Virus record (IMG/VR): IMGVR_UViG_2534682207_000010
Span: 12,441-76,440 of that record
Direction: 5' to 3' (one strand)
Source of the DNA: a virus
Taxonomy: Duplodnaviria; Caudoviricetes
DNA length: 64,000 nucleotides
In this document: one piece after another, positions 58,247 through 64,000 of the stretch
Layout: every line of letters begins with the position of its first letter
Numbering within the stretch: position 1 is the stretch's first letter
Position numbers and translations under genes: made by a program
Notes under the pieces: model-generated
The model's input: only the letters and a program-made list of their open reading frames with translations
Database searches by the model: none
What the model was told of the DNA's origin: nothing

Positions 58247-60307
58247 ATGCTGGATATTCCGGAGAGCATAAAGAGTTTATTTAAGTCTGACAATACAACA
58301 AATGATACACGGAGACATTTGAAATTGTATTTCTACAACAAAGATGTTCCCCTGTCTCCTTCTGGCGAGTTGCTTCCGATAGACCAAGAGCCGTGTTATG
58401 TGATAGACAATAAGCAGGTGCTTACCGAAGCATTGACAATCACTGAGAGCCTATGTGAAAGCGATGATTTGAAATTTGGAGAGTGTAATGCGGCGCAGTT
58501 TGAAATCACTGTGGCAGATGTATTGATTGACCTTTCCGGAAAAGAATTTATCTTCACCATTGAAGTTGGTGGATACGAAATGGCCATGGGGATTTATCGG
58601 GTAGAAAGTTTTGTGAGGTTGGAATCTGACCGCAGAAAAAAGAAAATCACCGCTTACAATCGAATGAGAAGATTTCAAACGGACGTTACTGCCTGGTATC
58701 AGGGCCTGAATTTCCCAATGACGCTGAAATCTCTCCGGGATTCATTGTGCGGTCATATCGGAATAGAGCAGGTTGACACGTCGCTCCCACTTGATAATAT
58801 GCTGATTTCAAAGACAATCAAGCCAGAGCAATTGAGCGGATTAAAAGTGTTGCAGGCCATTTGCGAAATTAATGGATGCTTCGGGCAGATAGATAAGACT
58901 GGGCGAGTGAAATATGTTTCGCTAGAAAATGCAAGTCTGTTTCCTTCCGAAGATTTATTTCCTGACGATAATTTATTCCCCTCCCAGATGTCACAAGGGG
59001 AGACACTATCTTTTTATAAACAGTCAGAAACCAGTTATGAAGATTATACAGTGAGGCCAATTGATAAAGTCCAAATACGTCAGGAAGAGGGCGATATTGG
59101 CGGTTGGTCACATGAGGAAGGTACAAATTGCTATGTGGTTCAAGGAAATTTTCTGGCATATGGAAAATCAAGCGAAGAATTAGATAGAATTGCGGATGTT
59201 ATCTATGACCAGATAAGTGGACGGTTGTACAGGCCGTGCAAAATAGTGAGCCCGGCGCTTCCTTGGGTTGAGGTGGGAGATGGTATTATCTGTTATACAA
59301 CAGATGATGTAATTGAAACCTATTGCCTAAAGCGGACGTTAAAGGGCATCCAGGGGATGATGGATACCTATGAGGCTCGCGGAAGCCTTGAGTTGAAAGA
59401 GAATACAGGCATACGTTCTGAGATTGTCCAGCTAGAGGGAAAAGCAGCTGTAATTAAAAAATCAGTCGAGGAAGTGTCTGTCAAAGTAACGGATTTAAAA
59501 GAATATGCTGAAGCTCAATTTAAAGTAACATCCAATGAAATTGCTGCTGAGGTTAAGCGAGCGCAGGAAGCTGAAACCTCTTTGTCGGTAAAAGCAAATG
59601 AAATAGCTCTGCGCGTTAGCGAGAAGGTTTCCAGGGGTGAAGTTACAAGTGAGCTGAATTCAGAATTAAAAATAACAGGCAATAAGATAGAATTGACCAC
59701 AGGGAATTTTGTCATTACTGCAAAAAATTTTACGGTTGATGAAAATGGTGATTCTGTTTTTTCGGGAAATATTAGCGGTGCCTCTTTTATTGGCGGCAAC
59801 ATCAATATTGGTAACGGGAAATTTAAGGTTAATTCATCTGGCATTGTTGAAGCCTCAGACGCTGTAATAAGAGCCGCGGCATTTAACTCAACAGGAATCA
59901 TTTATGCTGAGAAAGGGATTGAGTGCAATGGAGAAATAGAGGCTGGCACGGGGTCGTTTGGCGGTGTTAATGCGCGAGGGATATATTGTACTGGTACGGT
60001 GTATGGTAAGGATTGGCAGTATATTTCAGACGGAAGATGCAAGGAGAATATTCAAAAAATAAGCCCAGAGGAATGTTATGAAATAGTTTCCAGATTGCAA
60101 CCTGTAGCTTATAAGCTGATAGACTGTGATATACATGGCGTAGGATTTATAGCACAGGATGTCAAAACAGTATTGCGTGAATTAAATCTGGATTATGCAT
60201 TGGTTGGATACTACGAGAAAGAGGATATATATACGTTGCCATATGGAAACTATATAGCAATTCTCGCGGGAGCAATTCAGTATATAAATTTGAGGAAGGA
60301 TGAATAG
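58247..60307 (+). CDS. baseplate hub / tail spike with C-terminal peptidase S74 chaperone
   Basis: FGECNAAQF N-terminus; SDGRCKENI...LQPVAY...GFIAQDV. Confidence 0.85.
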   Translation: MLDIPESIKSLFKSDNTTNDTRRHLKLYFYNKDVPLSPSGELLPIDQEPCYVIDNKQVLTEALTITESLCESDDLKFGECNAAQFEITVADVLIDLSGKEFIFTIEVGGYEMAMGIYRVESFVRLESDRRKKKITAYNRMRRFQTDVTAWYQGLNFPMTLKSLRDSLCGHIGIEQVDTSLPLDNMLISKTIKPEQLSGLKVLQAICEINGCFGQIDKTGRVKYVSLENASLFPSEDLFPDDNLFPSQMSQGETLSFYKQSETSYEDYTVRPIDKVQIRQEEGDIGGWSHEEGTNCYVVQGNFLAYGKSSEELDRIADVIYDQISGRLYRPCKIVSPALPWVEVGDGIICYTTDDVIETYCLKRTLKGIQGMMDTYEARGSLELKENTGIRSEIVQLEGKAAVIKKSVEEVSVKVTDLKEYAEAQFKVTSNEIAAEVKRAQEAETSLSVKANEIALRVSEKVSRGEVTSELNSELKITGNKIELTTGNFVITAKNFTVDENGDSVFSGNISGASFIGGNINIGNGKFKVNSSGIVEASDAVIRAAAFNSTGIIYAEKGIECNGEIEAGTGSFGGVNARGIYCTGTVYGKDWQYISDGRCKENIQKISPEECYEIVSRLQPVAYKLIDCDIHGVGFIAQDVKTVLRELNLDYALVGYYEKEDIYTLPYGNYIAILAGAIQYINLRKDE

Positions 60308-60309
60308 AC

Positions 60310-60498
60310 ATGGAAAAACGAGACGAACTGATAGTGTACCGTAAAAGAGACATAGATAAAGTTGTTGGATTTATTGATAGCCTTGAATGCAAGGGAATTG
60401 CGGCGGCCCGGAAACTAGCACTGATTGCCAGCATCTTGGAAGCCGGAAAACCATTAAAGGAATATATTGAAGAAGAAAAGAAAGAGGGAGATGTGTAA
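60310..60498 (+). CDS. small tail-region protein
   Basis: Coupled ORF. Confidence 0.6.
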   Translation: MEKRDELIVYRKRDIDKVVGFIDSLECKGIAAARKLALIASILEAGKPLKEYIEEEKKEGDV

Positions 60499-61280
60499 TG
60501 GCATATAAACCGTTTTACCAGATAACGGATTGGCAGAACCTTCCAATTCAGAAAACGCCAATAAACAGGACAAACCTTCTCCATGTAGAAAACGGAATCA
60601 AGGAAGCCGATAACCGGATTATCCACCTTGATACTGAAAAACTAGAAAAATCGGAAGCAAATCTGATGGTTAAATCCGTTGTGGTTGATGCGGAAACTGG
60701 TGTGATTACGGTTACTCTGCTAAACGGTACGGTATATACATACGATTTGGACATTGAGCGTGTAGTTGTGAATTTTGACATAACGGATGACAATATCCTA
60801 ATCCTCACCTTGGCTGACGGGACTAAGAAACGGGTAGATTTGACAAGGTTTGTGTATAGCTTTTCAAATACAGCAACAATCACGATGAAGATGGTAAACA
60901 GGAAAGTTACTGCTGAAATCGTTGATGGTTCCGTTACCATGGCGAAGCTGGATGCATCTATCCAAAGTACGTTTTTGCAATATCTTTTGGATGCTGAGTC
61001 GGCTAGAGACCTTGCCTTGCAGTACCAGAAAAATGCAAAGCGATATGCTATCGGTGATGCTGAATTTGATGGAAGTGAGACAGATAATGCAGAATATTAC
61101 TGTGACCAATCTAAAAAATATTCCGAAATCGCACAAGAAGTTGCCGCAATCACTTATCCAAATGTATACGTGGATATTGGGAATGGACATTTGTTAGCTA
61201 TTGGTGGAAATAATTTTTATCTGTCATTAGATTCATCGGGGCATCTTATTTCTCAAATTGGAAGCGGGGAGACAGTATGA
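60498..61280 (+). CDS. tail/baseplate protein
   Basis: TPINRTNL..VENGI; DNAEYYC..SK pattern. Confidence 0.7.
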   Translation: MAYKPFYQITDWQNLPIQKTPINRTNLLHVENGIKEADNRIIHLDTEKLEKSEANLMVKSVVVDAETGVITVTLLNGTVYTYDLDIERVVVNFDITDDNILILTLADGTKKRVDLTRFVYSFSNTATITMKMVNRKVTAEIVDGSVTMAKLDASIQSTFLQYLLDAESARDLALQYQKNAKRYAIGDAEFDGSETDNAEYYCDQSKKYSEIAQEVAAITYPNVYVDIGNGHLLAIGGNNFYLSLDSSGHLISQIGSGETV

Positions 61281-61350
61281 TTGTAAAGATTGGTAAGGAT
61301 AGGACGGTTATCTGGGATGCAGAAACATTTGATTAGTGAGGTGACGTAAT

Positions 61351-62178
61351 ATGGCAGATTTAGGAAAAATAGCAGTGACAGATGGTGGGGATTATTCCGC
61401 CAGTACAACATATGAAAAATTGACCTTTGTACATTATCAGGGTGATACGTACATGACGCTAAAAACAGTGAAGGGTGTTACGCCTACAGATGATGGCGTG
61501 AACTACAAATTATTCTGCAAAAGCGCAGAGCTGGCAACAGCTTCTAAGGCCGGTATTGTCATGCCAGACGGCACAACAACTACCGTTAACAGCAGTGGAA
61601 AGATGAGTGCAAAACAGGCTACCCAATCTACCCCTGGCATTGTAAAAGGAAGTAACAGTATTAAGGTGGGAAGTGATGGCGCGATTGATGTCAATACGAC
61701 ATTCACTCAGGCTGCTAATTTGGCGAATATTATCACTGGAGAAGCAATTGCAACCATTTTAGGCAAGGTGTCTAAAGCTATCGCCACGACAATGAATTTG
61801 AATCAGAACGCATTATTGGAAAGTATGCTTACCAGCATTGATGTAAACGATTCTAGCAAGATTCCGACTGCGGCGTATATTCATACACTGGTTGAGCGGA
61901 TTGGAATGGGAACACAGTTGACCGCCGGAGCTAATTTGACGGAAGCGGCAAATAATTTAAGTAGCAATTTAGCAGCGGCCAACGCAAAGGTGACTTTAAA
62001 CGGCGTCAAGAACATTAATGGGTTTACAGCCGTATATTCCGACCGGACCGACCGGGCATTCCAGTTACAATATGATTCTGGCGAGATTGCATCAATCGCA
62101 TTTAACAACACCGGTATCTGGTATGATTTTTATGACGGTCAAAACTGGAAACAGGTTTGGAAGTTTTATAAGCCGTAA
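61351..62178 (+). CDS. tail fibre / receptor-binding protein with switchable C-terminus
   Basis: ATASKAGIV/ATQSTPGIVK fibre repeats; crossover site at 61959-61971 encodes SSNL, then a 72-aa variable tip. Confidence 0.82.
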   Translation: MADLGKIAVTDGGDYSASTTYEKLTFVHYQGDTYMTLKTVKGVTPTDDGVNYKLFCKSAELATASKAGIVMPDGTTTTVNSSGKMSAKQATQSTPGIVKGSNSIKVGSDGAIDVNTTFTQAANLANIITGEAIATILGKVSKAIATTMNLNQNALLESMLTSIDVNDSSKIPTAAYIHTLVERIGMGTQLTAGANLTEAANNLSSNLAAANAKVTLNGVKNINGFTAVYSDRTDRAFQLQYDSGEIASIAFNNTGIWYDFYDGQNWKQVWKFYKP

Positions 62179-62479
62179 TCATTTTGTGCTGAAGGCATGT
62201 AGGTTCGTAAGGATTGGAACTTGATTGTTATAACCAATAAATCGTACGGTATCACCTTTACGCACAGAAAACCATATAGGCATTGACGAATTGACTGTGA
62301 CATCATTATTGACCCAAAAAATATTTATCCCATTTATAAGTACATTACAACCCTGAGCTGAACTGTTAAAACCAATGGAACCACAAACTATACAATCATC
62401 TGTAGCTGTCCAACTGGTACCGTTAGCAAACCCATCTTTAATTTTTTTGCGGGTATCTATGTATGGTAAATTGCTACTT
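62179..62479 (-). other. silent alternative tail-fibre C-terminus (99 aa) behind inverted AAGTAGCAATTTA site
   Basis: Site 62467-62479 (-); frame SSNLPYIDTR...WFSVRKGDTVRF...AFSTK-stop abuts the fibre stop at 62178/62179; no start codon at the site. Confidence 0.88.
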
Positions 62480-62566
62480 TAAATATTTTAAAATCGAAAT
62501 TATTACTTAATTTATGGACCTTTTTCGGGTCTTATTTTTATGCAGAGAAAGGAGAAAAAATACATT

Positions 62567-63022
62567 ATGAACAACTATGAAAAGGCTAAATTAGCCAATG
62601 GAAGTATCTACGAGATTGTCCCAGGAGGTCTCCGGGAAAACACGGATAGAAGTAAACTGACGATTATTGCTCTCCTGGGAGACAAAACATTGTCGGCGGT
62701 GGATAGTGAAACTGAGGTGGCAGAAAACATTGCGACTGTCACCATCCTTGATGCTTCTGGAGAAGAGATGGACATCAAGAAGGGATATAAGTACCAGACC
62801 GGATGCAAAAAACAGAAGAATTACGTGGTTGGAAGAGAGGTGGTTGATAAAGGTGACCTTGATGAAAATGCTGTTGCCGAATATAAAGATGTGACCGCTA
62901 CTGTGGTGATTATTGAGTTGGCAACAGGAGATGTCCGGGCGGAATTGGATGAAGCCAAGGCGCAGATTTCTGAATTAAACGCAACTGTTGACGCATTATT
63001 AGTGACAAATCTGGAGGAATAA
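62567..63022 (+). CDS. hypothetical protein, C-terminal coiled coil
   Basis: AAGGAG RBS. Confidence 0.65.
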   Translation: MNNYEKAKLANGSIYEIVPGGLRENTDRSKLTIIALLGDKTLSAVDSETEVAENIATVTILDASGEEMDIKKGYKYQTGCKKQKNYVVGREVVDKGDLDENAVAEYKDVTATVVIIELATGDVRAELDEAKAQISELNATVDALLVTNLEE

Positions 63023-63025
63023 AAG

Positions 63026-63151
63026 ATGTTTGAAAGATTAAAAAGATTGTATGTTTCCGGGAAACTGACGGCAGTTGGATTGGCAAATGCCGTTATTAAA
63101 GGTTGGATTACAGAAACGCAGAAGCAGGAGATTCTTTCCGAAAAACAGTGA
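63026..63151 (+). CDS. XkdX-like small protein
   Basis: MFERLKRLY..GKLT...AVIKGWITE.Q..EI (hand translation, 41 aa). Confidence 0.7.
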   Translation: MFERLKRLYVSGKLTAVGLANAVIKGWITETQKQEILSEKQ

Positions 63152-63223
63152 TGTCAGGCAGTTTCGTTGCTGGTGGTTTGGAAAGAAAAAGCTACCCTAT
63201 AAATTATTTTAAGAGGATAAGAG

Positions 63224-63529
63224 ATGGAGCTATTTGAATACGTTAAAAATTCATGGCCGGGATGGGTGTGTAGCGCATTTGTCCCGGTCATAGCATATCT
63301 GTATAGCCAAGTTATGGCCAGCAGGAATGGAGTACGCGCTTTGCTCCGGGCAGAAATCATCAGAGTATATAATAAGTATCATGATGATTTACATTATTGC
63401 CCGATATACGTAAAACAGTCTATTGAGGATGTGTATAAGCAGTACCACGCCCTTCATGGTAATGGGGTTGGAACAAAATTATATGAAGAAATAATGGCTC
63501 TTCCAACAGAGCCGGAAGGAGAGGAATAA
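63224..63529 (+). CDS. lysis-region membrane protein (holin-associated)
   Basis: N-terminal TM; ALLRAEI...Y.ALHGNG..TKLYEEIMALP family. Confidence 0.65.
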   Translation: MELFEYVKNSWPGWVCSAFVPVIAYLYSQVMASRNGVRALLRAEIIRVYNKYHDDLHYCPIYVKQSIEDVYKQYHALHGNGVGTKLYEEIMALPTEPEGEE

Positions 63530-63532
63530 GGC

Positions 63533-63712
63533 ATGAAAGAAAAGATTGCAAAACTGATTGATGTTAAATCCATTATGACGTTAGCTTTGACAGGTGGATT
63601 CATCGGCCTTACTTGCGCCGGTGAGATTACCGGGGAGCAATTTTTGACTATTTTTACGATGATTGTAGGGTTTTACTTTGGTACACAGTCAGAAAAAAGT
63701 AAACAGAAATAG
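63533..63712 (+). CDS. putative holin (59 aa, two TM helices)
   Basis: Hand translation MKEKIAKLIDVKSIMTL...IVGFYFGTQ. Confidence 0.65.
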   Translation: MKEKIAKLIDVKSIMTLALTGGFIGLTCAGEITGEQFLTIFTMIVGFYFGTQSEKSKQK

Positions 63713-63796
63713 AAGGGGGTGGTCCGCTATCTCCCGGCCGCCAGGGTAATGGCGGTTTAACTTATCAACCCAAAAAAGGAAAGAGAGGTACATATT

Positions 63797-64000
63797 ATGG
63801 CAGAATCAACAGGAAAAAATGCAGCGCATATTCCGGGAAATGGAGGATACCTGGCAGAGGGACCGGACCTTCAGGAAAAACAGCCCACCCCATACCTGTA
63901 TGATGCACCAACAGACACGCCGCATCCAGGTAAGCACCAGAGCGGTGTAGGCGGCCCAAGTGACCGTAACAATAATGGCATAGACGACGAAAAGGAGTAG
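63797..64000 (+). CDS. hypothetical protein
   Basis: GAGGT RBS; ends at window edge. Confidence 0.55.
   Translation: MAESTGKNAAHIPGNGGYLAEGPDLQEKQPTPYLYDAPTDTPHPGKHQSGVGGPSDRNNNGIDDEKE

Noticed and set aside
61351-62479. Diversity-generating retroelement acting on the tail fibre
   Set aside because: No reverse transcriptase and no template/variable repeat pair differing at adenines; the alternative tips are non-homologous cassettes behind short inverted sites.

Overview
The whole window is one long-tailed (siphovirus-type) temperate phage or prophage genome segment, cut off at both window edges. The host is probably a Clostridia/Lachnospiraceae species, inferred from protein families. Order: replication module (SSB, ERCC4-like nuclease, replisome organiser, primase-helicase, C5 methyltransferase); a 5.1-kb array of small accessory genes; a tyrosine recombinase; an IS630 insertion; small terminase; about 12 kb of accessory genes with a tRNA cluster and a probable large structured RNA; an intein-containing large terminase; head and tail genes; a defence island (fused restriction-modification gene, IS200-family element) between the tape measure and distal tail genes; tail fibre; start of the lysis region. 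Two structures stand out. (1) The genes at 9.3-14.5 kb are separated by 19 copies of a 13-bp motif (consensus AAAA-YTRA-YATTT) that often contains the upstream stop codon and precedes the next ribosome-binding site. This looks like an integron-like gene-cassette array just upstream of a tyrosine recombinase. (2) Four identical 13-bp sites (AAGTAGCAATTTA) each open an in-frame alternative tail-fibre C-terminus. Two lie at the fibre gene and two about 25 kb away, either side of the whole head-tail operon, which suggests a split shufflon. All calls come from reading motifs by eye; no database searches were run. No repressor, primary integrase, att site or endolysin is visible in the window.
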